The notes: generated by a model from the letters alone, not told the origin. Counted from the first letter of the stretch, positions 48,916 to 57,503 are shown. The stretch is DNA of 64,000 bases from Candidatus Elulimicrobiales bacterium (GCA_034927475.1 JAYFPW010000002.1:193606-257605), one strand, 5' to 3'. A program made the numbers and translations.

Positions 48916-49491
48916 ATGGTTAAAATAGTTCAAATTGACTGGAAAAAAGAAGAGAAAACAGGAGAACTTGATGAAAAGAGTGTTTTGAGACAGGAAGCAA
49001 AAGAAGTTCTTAAAAAAGAATTTGGAACTGAAGAACTTAAAAAAATAATTGAAGATATGCAGGAAGCCATGAAGAGAGAAGACGATGGTGTAGCTATCGC
49101 CGCTCCACAAATTGGTATTGCAAAAAGAATTTTCTGTATAAAAGAAAGTGCTTATGAGATGGAGAAAAAAGAATTTAAATGGAAACCTTTAGTTTTTATA
49201 AATCCAAAAATTAAAAAAGCGAGTAAAAAAGTTGTAGAAGCAGATGAAGGATGTCTTTCTGTTCGCCCACTTTATGGGACAACTATAAGACACACAAATA
49301 TAACTTTAGAAGCACAAGATATAAATGGAGTAAAATTTACCTTTGGCGCTAGCGGACTCATTGCTCACATATTTCAACATGAATGTGATCATCTGGAAGG
49401 GATACTTTTTATCGATCATGCTGACAATATTCAAAAAGTAGATTTAGAGCAAATTAAAAAAGAATTAAAAAATGAAGAACAATCAAATTAA
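48916..49491 (+). CDS. def: Peptide deformylase
   Basis: GVAIAAPQIG, EGCLS, QHECDHLEG. Confidence 0.97.
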   Translation: MVKIVQIDWKKEEKTGELDEKSVLRQEAKEVLKKEFGTEELKKIIEDMQEAMKREDDGVAIAAPQIGIAKRIFCIKESAYEMEKKEFKWKPLVFINPKIKKASKKVVEADEGCLSVRPLYGTTIRHTNITLEAQDINGVKFTFGASGLIAHIFQHECDHLEGILFIDHADNIQKVDLEQIKKELKNEEQSN

Positions 49492-50362
49492 ATTTATCTT
49501 TTGGGGAACTGGACCACTTGCTGAAAGTAGTCTGTTTTCGCTTTATCAAAATGGTTTAATCCCCTCTCTGGTTATCACTTCACCTAATAAAAAAGTAGGT
49601 CGCGGATTGGAAATTCAAAAAAATATTATTGTGACTTGGTGTGAAAGTAAAAATATTAAAGTTTGGCAACCAGAATCTTTAAAAGATTTAGATATAAAAA
49701 ACTCTCCTCTTGGAGAAAATGATTTTGATTTATCTATTGTGGCAAGTTATCCAAAAATTTTAAGAGAAGAGATTTTAAACTTACCAAAATTTGGATCTTT
49801 AAATATTCACCCTTCACTTCTTCCAAAATATAGAGGTCCTTCCCCTATACAAACAGCGCTTTTAAATGGAGATACGAAAACTGGAATTACAATTATTAAA
49901 CTGGATAAAGAAATTGACCATGGGCCAATTTTAATTCAAAAAGAAATTGAAATTTTTGAAGAAGACACAAATGAAAAATTAGAAAGAAAATGTGGCGGGG
50001 AAGGAGGAGAAATACTTACCCAAATTTTAGAACCTTATTTAGAAGGAAATTTAAAGCTAGTAGAGCAAGATCATGAAAAAGCAACTTTTACTAGAAAATT
50101 TGAAAAAGCTGAAGGAAAAATAGAATTAGAAGATAGCGCCGAAGTCTTACAAAATAAATTCAAAGCCTTCCTTCCTCATATTCCAATCTTTTTTTTAATT
50201 AAACATAAAGGTAGTGAATTCAGAGTAAAAATTACTGAAATAGATTTATTTAAAAAAGAAACTGAAAATAAATTAGCTAAAGACATAATAAAAAAAGTCA
50301 TTCCAGAAGGAAAATCTGAAATGAACTTTTCTGATTTTGAAAGAGGTTATTTAAATTCTTAA
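49472..50362 (+). CDS. fmt: Methionyl-tRNA formyltransferase
   Basis: NIHPSLLPKYRGPSPI, DHGPIL; follows def. Confidence 0.95.
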   Translation: MKNNQIKFIFWGTGPLAESSLFSLYQNGLIPSLVITSPNKKVGRGLEIQKNIIVTWCESKNIKVWQPESLKDLDIKNSPLGENDFDLSIVASYPKILREEILNLPKFGSLNIHPSLLPKYRGPSPIQTALLNGDTKTGITIIKLDKEIDHGPILIQKEIEIFEEDTNEKLERKCGGEGGEILTQILEPYLEGNLKLVEQDHEKATFTRKFEKAEGKIELEDSAEVLQNKFKAFLPHIPIFFLIKHKGSEFRVKITEIDLFKKETENKLAKDIIKKVIPEGKSEMNFSDFERGYLNS

Positions 50363-51061
50363 TTACTTTAATTCTACAGAATTAATTGTTACAGCTTCTA
50401 GCGGTCTATCTTTTGAATCTGTTGCTACCTCTTGAATTTTTTGAGCTATTTCTTGCCCAGCTACAACTTTACCAAAAACTGTGTAATTAGGAGGAAGTGG
50501 AGTATTGCTCGTCATAATGAAGAATTGAGATCCGTTGGTATTTGGTCCAGAGTTTGCCATGGCGACAGTTCCAATTTCATATTTTTCGCTACCAGTTAAC
50601 TCGTCATTAAATTTATATCCAGGATCGCCTGTCCCCCAAAATATTTTTTGAGATTCATCTTTTGATAATGGATCACCTGTCTGAATCATAAAACCTTTAA
50701 TAACACGATGAAACTTTACTCCGTCATAAAATTTTTCTCCAGCTAGTTTTATAAAATTAGCTGTAGTCAGTGGTTTATCTTTAGATAACTCAAAAGATAT
50801 ATCTCCCATATTTGTATGTAAAACAGCTGTGGTGTAAGACACTTTTTCTGCTTGTTCTTGATTATTTGAATTTTGATTTGTCATATTTATATCTATATTC
50901 TGATTATTAACTTCATTTTTATTAACAATACTATTCCCGTAGCTATCAATAATTCCTATAGAATTATTAGGATTACCCTTATCATAAATAATGGCTGCTG
51001 CAATAATTAATAAAACAACAATAAAACCGATTATCAAAATATTTCTTGTTTTTTTACTCAT
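50363..51061 (-). CDS. Cyclophilin-type peptidyl-prolyl isomerase, membrane-anchored
   Basis: FHRVIKGFMIQTGDP, AMANSGPNTNGSQFFI, YTVFGKV. Confidence 0.95.
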   Translation of the reverse strand: MSKKTRNILIIGFIVVLLIIAAAIIYDKGNPNNSIGIIDSYGNSIVNKNEVNNQNIDINMTNQNSNNQEQAEKVSYTTAVLHTNMGDISFELSKDKPLTTANFIKLAGEKFYDGVKFHRVIKGFMIQTGDPLSKDESQKIFWGTGDPGYKFNDELTGSEKYEIGTVAMANSGPNTNGSQFFIMTSNTPLPPNYTVFGKVVAGQEIAQKIQEVATDSKDRPLEAVTINSVELK

Positions 51062-51076
51062 ATCCAATTTTTAATT

Positions 51077-51445
51077 TTATTCTTCTCTTCTAAACAGTTT
51101 TTTAAACTTTAAGGCAACCTTGTGAGAGATTGTTCTTTTTTTGTCTCTCATCTCGGCAATACTTTGTTCAAGTTTATCTTTTAATTCATCTATTGATGCA
51201 TAAAGATCATCTTTCACAGCTTCCGCAAAAATATTTTTCTTTAAGCCAGAAACTCTGACAGAAGATTTATAAATATCTCCATTGGTTTGTCTATTGTTTG
51301 TTTTTGATAAAACAACTTCTGCAAAAATATTTTTGTCATTAAAAGAATTGGTAAATTTCTCTAAAGCTTCTACAATTCTCTTTTCTGCATAACTTTCAAT
51401 AGCTTCTGTAATTTCTATTTCAACACCTTTAACTTTTATATTCAT
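51077..51445 (-). CDS. hpf: Ribosome hibernation factor (HPF/RaiA), short form
   Basis: MNIKVKG.EIEITEAIESY, DLYASID..DKLE. Confidence 0.88.
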   Translation of the reverse strand: MNIKVKGVEIEITEAIESYAEKRIVEALEKFTNSFNDKNIFAEVVLSKTNNRQTNGDIYKSSVRVSGLKKNIFAEAVKDDLYASIDELKDKLEQSIAEMRDKKRTISHKVALKFKKLFRREE

Positions 51446-51566
51446 ATTTTTATTTTAAAAGAATTAAAATTTCTAATAAAGTCATTCTGAAAATTTTCTA
51501 TCTTTCCACCTCTATAATACTATTATACCGCAAGAAGACTCTTTATAAAAAACCTTTGCAAAATAA

Positions 51567-51608
51567 AACTAAAATCCTCTGTCGTGGGAGACGCAGAGGA
51601 TTTTAGTT
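51567..51608 (-). terminator. Long hairpin terminator with C-rich loop after the basic peptide gene
   Basis: - strand AACTAAAATCCTCTG-CGTCTCCCACGA-CAGAGGATTTTAGTT followed by TTATTTT. Confidence 0.75.
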
Positions 51609-51620
51609 ACCTAAAAAGGA

Positions 51621-51734
51621 TTATTTTTTCTTTGCAACTTTTTTCTTTGCAACTTTTTTAACTGTTTTTTTAACAGCTTTCTTTGCTACTTTTTTAGCTG
51701 GAGCTTTTTTAGCAACTTTTTTCTTTGCTACCAT
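51621..51734 (-). CDS. 37-aa Lys/Ala/Val-rich histone H1-like peptide (not in ORF track)
   Basis: MVAKKKVAKKAPAKKVAKKAVKKTVKKVAKKKVAKKK; flanked by an extended -10 promoter and a terminator. Confidence 0.85.
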   Translation of the reverse strand: MVAKKKVAKKAPAKKVAKKAVKKTVKKVAKKKVAKKK

Positions 51735-51864
51735 AATTTTATTTTAAAAGTATTGAATACTTGAGAGTGCGCTTTTAATTTTTGACTTCGGACCGTAAGT
51801 CTGCCTCTCTACTTTAATTATCTCATTCAAAAAAAATTTTCACAATACTTTTTCAAAAAAAATT

Positions 51865-51873
51865 TGTGGATAA
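51865..51873 (-). promoter_or_regulatory. DnaA-box consensus
   Basis: TGTGGATAA on + = TTATCCACA; intergenic. Confidence 0.5.
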
Positions 51874-51917
51874 CTTTTTATTTTTTAAAAAATATTTTTA
51901 GAAAAAAATTTTTATTT

Positions 51918-52397
51918 TTATTTATCGTGATACAAATGTTTTTCTGATCCACATTTACATTTGTTTAATAAAAATTCTTTTACATATTCTTCACCGTAAT
52001 CAAAAGTTATTTCTTCGCCTTTAGAAATATTTTTTATCGCTCTCAAAAAAACTCTCTTATTTTTTATTTCACTTTCTGCGTTTGGATCACAAGAATGATT
52101 TGCGTAACGTGCAATATTTTTCTTAGAAGACCCGTCTATATTAAAATCTTTTTCCACAGAAAAAATATACTTATTATCTGGATCTTTCTTTATCTCCTTA
52201 TCAGAAAGAGTCTTTCCTATATATTCAATAATAAGCTGACTTTTTTTAATGTCCTCATCAGCAAAAAGTCCAAGCTCAGCTAATCCTTTTTTTACTTTTA
52301 CTTTTTTGTAATGATGGGCTGGTAATTTTTTTTCTAAATTAAAAAAGCTATTTAAAATTTTAGAAAAGTTTTGGATATTTTTATTTCGCTTTTTCAT
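51918..52397 (-). CDS. SET-domain protein-lysine methyltransferase
   Basis: LGLFA, IEYIG, ARYANHSCDPN, GEEITFDYG, post-SET CKCGS. Confidence 0.93.
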   Translation of the reverse strand: MKKRNKNIQNFSKILNSFFNLEKKLPAHHYKKVKVKKGLAELGLFADEDIKKSQLIIEYIGKTLSDKEIKKDPDNKYIFSVEKDFNIDGSSKKNIARYANHSCDPNAESEIKNKRVFLRAIKNISKGEEITFDYGEEYVKEFLLNKCKCGSEKHLYHDK

Positions 52398-53016
52398 ATA
52401 GATTTTTTAATAAATTTAGAACACCTTTCTTTTTTGAAACTTGTCTTCTCCTAATAACTAAAATTATTGCAAAGCCTAGTGCGGAAACAAAAACTAAAAC
52501 TGGAAAAGCTAAAGTTACAAAGTTATATTCAGAAAGAGCTAGTATTGAAATGAGTGCTCTGAAAGAATTAATTGCCCAAAGAGAAATTGTTTCCGTATAT
52601 GGATCTGCCCAAGACTTTCTAAGTGTGGCTTGTCCAGCTAAAGAATAAACTAAAACAAGAAGAGCTGTTGAAGCTACTGGAGCTTTAGCTAAAAGCCAAA
52701 GAGGAATTGCTAAAAGTGTTAAAACTAGAAAAACAATATCCACTTTTTTAATATTTTTATCTTCTTCTTTTATTAAACTAAGTATGCACACCACCAGACA
52801 AAGAAGAGCTACAAATAGAGTGGGTAAAGAACCTGCTCCGGCCCCTTTGGAAACTTGTAATAAAAACAAAATAAAAATAATTAAAAACCAAAGCCCCCAA
52901 GTAAAGACATGCGGTTTGGTCTTTTTATCTAAAATATCTATTATATAGAAAGAGTAACTTATAAGTACCAAAATCGCAGCGGTTATCCCTAAAAAACTTT
53001 TAACTAAAATTAGCAT
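52381..53016 (-). CDS. Multi-pass membrane protein (PQ-loop-like repeat architecture)
   Basis: About 7 TM segments; TKPHVFTW and RKSW.DP.TET repeats; overlaps the SET gene start. Confidence 0.7.
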   Translation of the reverse strand: MLILVKSFLGITAAILVLISYSFYIIDILDKKTKPHVFTWGLWFLIIFILFLLQVSKGAGAGSLPTLFVALLCLVVCILSLIKEEDKNIKKVDIVFLVLTLLAIPLWLLAKAPVASTALLVLVYSLAGQATLRKSWADPYTETISLWAINSFRALISILALSEYNFVTLAFPVLVFVSALGFAIILVIRRRQVSKKKGVLNLLKNLYEKAK

Positions 53017-53087
53017 AAATTTCTTTCTTTAAAGTTTATCACAATTAATAAAATATGATAATATAAGCCTATTATTTAAGAAAAAAT

Positions 53088-55274
53088 ATGAAGAATTTAC
53101 CTGAGAAATTTTTAAGTGCTTATAACCCAAAAGAAACAGAAGAAAAGATATATAAAGAGTGGGGAGATTCGGGATATTTTAATCCTGACAATTTACCTGG
53201 CGAAAAAATAGTAAAAGATGAAAAAGGAAAAGAAAAAACTTTTTCAATTATCCTTCCTCCTCCAAATGTAACCGGAACTCTTCATACCGGACACTCTCTA
53301 ATGTTGGTTATTCAAGACACTATTGCTAGATTCTATAGAATGAATGGATATCGAACCCTCTGGCTTCCAGGAACAGATCATGCAGCCATCGCCACTCAAT
53401 CAGTAGTTGAAAAAAAACTTCAGAAAGAGGAAGGGAAATCCAGACACGATGTAGGTAGAGAAAAACTTTTAGAAAAAATAGAAGAATTTGTTTCTATATC
53501 TCAAAATACTATTATCTCCCAATTTAAATCTATGGGAGCTTCACTTGATTGGTCTCGCCTCACTTTTACCTTAGATGAAGAAAGGAATTTTGCAGTCAAT
53601 ACAATGTTTAAAAAAATGTATGAAGACGGACTAATTTATCAAGGCAATAGAATTGTAAATTGGGACCCAAAAGGACAAACTGTGATTTCTGATGATGAGA
53701 TTGTCTATGAAGAAAGAAAAGCAAAATTTTACACTTTTAAATATTCAAAAGACTTCCCTATTTTTATTTCTACCACTCGCCCAGAAACCAAAGTCGGCGA
53801 TACAGCTGTCGCCGTAAATCCAGAGGATGAAAGATATAAAGAATTTGTAGGAAAAGAATATGAAGTAACTTTTTGTAATGTTCAATTAAAAATTAAAATT
53901 ATTGCGGATAAAGAAGTTGATATGGAATTTGGAACTGGGGCTCTCGGAGTGACTCCAGCTCATTCTCAAATTGATTGGGATATGGCTGAAAGGCACAATT
54001 TATCTAAGAAGCAAGTCATTAATGAGTATGCAAAAATGATAAATTGTAATGAAGAGCTAGACGGTAAAAAAACTTTAGAAGCAAGAGAAATAATTGTAAA
54101 TTGGTTAAAAGAAAATAATTTACTAGAAAAAGAAGAAGAGATTTCTCAAAATGTTTCTACAGCTGAAAGAACTGGAGGAATTATTGAACCTCTTCCAAAA
54201 CTTCAATGGTTTATCGGAGTTAACAAAGAATTTTCACATTTTGGAAAAACTACAACTTTAAAAAAGTTGATGCTCGAGGCTGTAGAAGAAAAAGGTTTAA
54301 AAATTATTCCTGATAGATTTGAAAAAGTTTATTTCCATTGGATAAATAATCTGAGAGATTGGTGTATTTCTAGACAAATCTGGTATGGTCACAGAATTCC
54401 TGTTTGGTATGACGAGAGTGGAAATGTACAAGCTGTTGGATTTAATGATACTGGAAAAGAATTAATGCAAGATGAAGACACTTTGGATACTTGGTTTTCT
54501 TCTGGTATGTGGACATTCTCTACTCTTGGTTGGCCAGAAAAAACAAAAGATTTAGAAACATTTCATCCTACAAATTTAATGGAAACAGGTTATGACTTAA
54601 TTTTCTTCTGGGTCGCCAGAATGATAATGATGAGTACTTACGCTTTAAATGAAATTCCTTTTGAAACCACCTATTTACATGGACTTGTTCGCGATGCTCA
54701 AGGTAGAAAAATGAGCAAATCTTTAAACAACGCTTTAGATCCACGTGAGCTTATAGAAAAATTTGGTACAGACGCACTTCGTATGTCTCTCATTATAGGA
54801 AATGGACCAGGAAACGATTTGAAACTTGGGGAAGATAAAGTAAAAGCTTATAAAAACTTTGCCAATAAAATTTGGAATGCAACTAGATTTGTTTTAGAAA
54901 AGACAGCCGATTATGAAGACTCTGAAAACCTTTTAGAAAATATTACTTTTTCAGAAGATAAAAATATTTTAGCTGAGTCTATGAATGTAATAAAAGAAAT
55001 TACAGAAGATATTGAAAATTATAGACTGCATTTAGCTAGCGAAAAGATTTATGCTTACTTTTGGCATGAATTTTGTGACAAACACATAGAGACTTTAAAA
55101 GTTAGAATAATGAATGAAGAAGAAAAAACTTCCGCTCAAGCAACTTTACTTTTAGTTTTGAAAAATTTAATAATAACTCTTCATCCTTTTATGCCATTTG
55201 TAACAGAAGAGATTTGGAAATCTATTAAGAGTGAAAAAGATGGCTTACTTTTAGTTACCAAGTGGGTTAAATAG
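53088..55274 (+). CDS. valS: Valine--tRNA ligase lacking the C-terminal coiled coil
   Basis: PPPNVTGTLHTGH, DWCISRQIWYGH, KMSKS, HPFMPFVTEEIW. Confidence 0.97.
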   Translation: MKNLPEKFLSAYNPKETEEKIYKEWGDSGYFNPDNLPGEKIVKDEKGKEKTFSIILPPPNVTGTLHTGHSLMLVIQDTIARFYRMNGYRTLWLPGTDHAAIATQSVVEKKLQKEEGKSRHDVGREKLLEKIEEFVSISQNTIISQFKSMGASLDWSRLTFTLDEERNFAVNTMFKKMYEDGLIYQGNRIVNWDPKGQTVISDDEIVYEERKAKFYTFKYSKDFPIFISTTRPETKVGDTAVAVNPEDERYKEFVGKEYEVTFCNVQLKIKIIADKEVDMEFGTGALGVTPAHSQIDWDMAERHNLSKKQVINEYAKMINCNEELDGKKTLEAREIIVNWLKENNLLEKEEEISQNVSTAERTGGIIEPLPKLQWFIGVNKEFSHFGKTTTLKKLMLEAVEEKGLKIIPDRFEKVYFHWINNLRDWCISRQIWYGHRIPVWYDESGNVQAVGFNDTGKELMQDEDTLDTWFSSGMWTFSTLGWPEKTKDLETFHPTNLMETGYDLIFFWVARMIMMSTYALNEIPFETTYLHGLVRDAQGRKMSKSLNNALDPRELIEKFGTDALRMSLIIGNGPGNDLKLGEDKVKAYKNFANKIWNATRFVLEKTADYEDSENLLENITFSEDKNILAESMNVIKEITEDIENYRLHLASEKIYAYFWHEFCDKHIETLKVRIMNEEEKTSAQATLLLVLKNLIITLHPFMPFVTEEIWKSIKSEKDGLLLVTKWVK

Positions 55275-55280
55275 TAAAAT

Positions 55281-55334
55281 TGTGGATAACTAATACAGAT
55301 TCTTATTGATAGAATTTAAAAAAATAGGTATAAT
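55281..55334 (+). promoter_or_regulatory. DnaA box and sigma70 promoter of hsp20
   Basis: TGTGGATAA (55281-55289); TTGATA (55306-55311), 17 nt, TATAAT (55329-55334). Confidence 0.6.
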
Positions 55335-55398
55335 TATACTAACATTAAAAATGTTTTGCGTTTTATCTATAGTTAAAAATAATTTTTGTTAGAAACTT

Positions 55399-55908
55399 AT
55401 GTCAAAAGAAAAAAAATCGTTTTTTGAAAGACTCGCTGGGTCTGTAATGGTTGAGGATGAAAATCCTGAAGAGGAAGAAGAGATGGAAATTGAAATCGAT
55501 AGAAAAGGTAGAGGAAAATTTGCTAACGATGAAAGATCTATTGCTGATTTTCGTGGTGAAGATGAATATGAAGAAGAGGACGGAGAGCTTTCTGTGGATG
55601 TTTATCAAACTCCAAATGAAATAATTATAGAAGCAATGCTTGCAGGAGTTAAACCTGAAGATCTTCAAATTTCTATTACTCGCGATATGGTGACGATTAA
55701 AGGAAGAAGAGATGGAAACACTCAAATTTCTGAAGATGATTATTTTTATAGAGAACTTTATTGGGGTTCTTTTTCAAGAAGTATATTATTGCCTCATGAG
55801 ATTGAAATTGAAACCGTTGAAGCTGTAGAAAAACACGGACTTCTTATAATCAGACTACCAAAAATAGATAAAGCGAGACAAGCTAAAGTAAAAGTAAAAA
55901 GTATTTAA
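55399..55908 (+). CDS. Hsp20/alpha-crystallin small heat-shock protein
   Basis: VDVYQT, AGVKPEDL.I, RELYWGSFSRSI.LP, GLLII.LPK; acidic N-terminus. Confidence 0.93.
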   Translation: MSKEKKSFFERLAGSVMVEDENPEEEEEMEIEIDRKGRGKFANDERSIADFRGEDEYEEEDGELSVDVYQTPNEIIIEAMLAGVKPEDLQISITRDMVTIKGRRDGNTQISEDDYFYRELYWGSFSRSILLPHEIEIETVEAVEKHGLLIIRLPKIDKARQAKVKVKSI

Positions 55909-55909
55909 T

Positions 55910-55937
55910 AAAAAATCCCGAAAAATCGGGATTTTTT
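55910..55937 (+). terminator. Terminator of hsp20
   Basis: AAAAAATCCCGA-aaaa-TCGGGATTTTTT. Confidence 0.8.
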
Positions 55938-55971
55938 ATTTTTTAAAATATGATATATTTTAAATCTAAAA

Positions 55972-56043
55972 GCTCTCGTAGTTAAATGGATATAACTCCT
56001 CCGTCCTAAGGAGGGTTTGTGGGTTCGATTCCTGCCGAGAGCA
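55972..56043 (+). tRNA. tRNA-Arg(CCT)
   Basis: GCTCTCG acceptor stem, CCTCC-GTCCTAA-GGAGG anticodon arm, TTCGATT T-loop. Confidence 0.92.
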
Positions 56044-56092
56044 CAAAAATTTTCACCACTTCTTATGCTAAAATTAAATAGAATATAAATAT

Positions 56093-56395
56093 ATGGAAAA
56101 CAATTTTGAAAGACTTTTAGAACTAGCAGAAGAAAATAATAAAATGCTTCGAAAAATGCGAAGAAATCAAAAAATAGCTGGCTTACTTAAATTTGTTTAT
56201 TGGGTAATAATTCTAGGAATACTATTTGGAGCTTATTATTTCCTACAACCTTACATAACCTCATTTAATAAAAACTTACAAAGTCTTCAAAATACACTTA
56301 GCAGTATTTCCAGTACAACAAATAATTTACCGAACAATATACCAGGCATTTCTGAAATGAAACAATTTTTAGAGAATATAAAAAGTTCAAATTAG
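56093..56395 (+). CDS. Single-TM hypothetical protein
   Basis: L.LAEENNKMLRKMRR followed by a TM segment and YYFLQPY. Confidence 0.75.
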   Translation: MENNFERLLELAEENNKMLRKMRRNQKIAGLLKFVYWVIILGILFGAYYFLQPYITSFNKNLQSLQNTLSSISSTTNNLPNNIPGISEMKQFLENIKSSN

Positions 56396-56402
56396 AGAAT
56401 AA

Positions 56403-56436
56403 AAACAAAAAGAAGCTTTAAAGCTTCTTTTTGTTT
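56403..56436. terminator. Bidirectional terminator
   Basis: Perfect palindrome AAACAAAAAGAAGCTTTAAAGCTTCTTTTTGTTT. Confidence 0.8.
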
Positions 56437-56441
56437 ATTTG

Positions 56442-56514
56442 TGCCGAGAGCCAGGCTCGAACTGGCGACCCCTTCCTCTTCAGGGAAATGCTCTACCAAC
56501 TGAGCTATCTCGGC
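56442..56514 (-). tRNA. tRNA-Phe(GAA)
   Basis: GCCGAGATAGCTCAGTTGGTAGAGCATTTCCCTGAAGAGGAAGGGGTCGCCAGTTCGAGCCTGGCTCTCGGCA. Confidence 0.95.
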
Positions 56515-56569
56515 AAAGTAAAGCTTACTTATTTTAGCATAAAAAACACCTTTTTCAAAACGAGAATAT

Positions 56570-56821
56570 TTATTCAGCAGCTAAAAGTTCTGCGATTTTG
56601 TTTGGATTAAAACCAATCAAAACATCGTCTTCGATCTTAATAACAGGAACTCCTAGCTGGCCAGTTAACTCTACCATCTCTTTTCTTTTTTGAATATCTT
56701 TAGCTACATCATATTCTGTATAAGCCAAACCTTTTTCTTTAAACCATTCTTTAGCTAAATTGCAAAAGTGACAAGTTGGTGTTGAATATATTTCAATTTT
56801 TTTTGTTTTTTTATCACTCAT
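56570..56821 (-). CDS. Glutaredoxin-like protein (NrdH/YruB family)
   Basis: YSTPTCHFC, GQLGVPVI, IGF. Confidence 0.92.
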   Translation of the reverse strand: MSDKKTKKIEIYSTPTCHFCNLAKEWFKEKGLAYTEYDVAKDIQKRKEMVELTGQLGVPVIKIEDDVLIGFNPNKIAELLAAE

Positions 56822-56865
56822 AATATTTAGTTAGTAATTATACTATACTCTTAGTATAACATGAT

Positions 56866-57252
56866 TTATTTTTTAAAAATCTTCCTTAAAAACTCCTGAA
56901 AAGAGCCCCAATTTGATTCTTTTTTAGGAATTTCATATGTAGAAGCTGGTGCATTATAAACAACAATAACATTTTCACCCTCTCTTTTCATTGGATATGT
57001 TTCTCTAATATATTTCTCCTCCCCCTCTTTTGTACTTATATCTTCTAATTTCAACTCATTCATCTCCATCTTTCTTTTAGCTTCCTCCACTTCTTTACTT
57101 ACATAAACATAATCCATTTTTGTAATTTTATATTTTTTATATAAACCTAAAATACCCTTTCCTAGTAAAACTATCAAAAATACTATAATAATTATAGTCA
57201 GATTTGAATAAAAAAGGTTTTGCCAAATAAATTTTTCCTTATATCTTTTCAT
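56866..57252 (-). CDS. FtsB/DivIC-like septum formation initiator
   Basis: TM, coiled coil, EKYIRE...M.REGE.VI motif; ATG 57252. Confidence 0.7.
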   Translation of the reverse strand: MKRYKEKFIWQNLFYSNLTIIIIVFLIVLLGKGILGLYKKYKITKMDYVYVSKEVEEAKRKMEMNELKLEDISTKEGEEKYIRETYPMKREGENVIVVYNAPASTYEIPKKESNWGSFQEFLRKIFKK

Positions 57253-57352
57253 AAGAATGCTTATGTATATCAATAATATCACAAAAAAAATATCGTAAAA
57301 TCTCCAGCTTCCAAAAAGGTGTTTTCAGTGATATAATACAAAAAATAAATTT

Positions 57353-57466
57353 ATGTTCAAGAGTAATCAAAGAAAAAAGGTAGAAAATATATATAAAGTT
57401 ATGGCTATACTTATAGTAATAGCTATGATAGCTTTTCTATTAATACCACTTTTAAATATCATGTAA
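57353..57466 (+). CDS. 37-aa single-TM miniprotein (not in ORF track)
   Basis: MFKSNQRKKVENIYKVMAILIVIAMIAFLLIPLLNIM; TGaTATAAT at 57329-57337 and terminator downstream. Confidence 0.65.
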   Translation: MFKSNQRKKVENIYKVMAILIVIAMIAFLLIPLLNIM

Positions 57467-57476
57467 TTAATAAAAT

Positions 57477-57503
57477 AAAACCGAGATACTATATCTCGGT
57501 TTT
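57477..57503. terminator. Bidirectional terminator
   Basis: AAAACCGAGATA-cta-TATCTCGGTTTT. Confidence 0.8.

Noticed and set aside
51826-51917. Replication origin at the AT-rich DnaA-box-containing gap
   Set aside because: Only one perfect box; others (55281, 32888, 22146) are scattered singles. No dnaA/dnaN nearby and no switch in gene orientation.
55290-55398. CIRCE/HrcA operator at hsp20
   Set aside because: No TTAGCACTC-N9-GAGTGCTAA.
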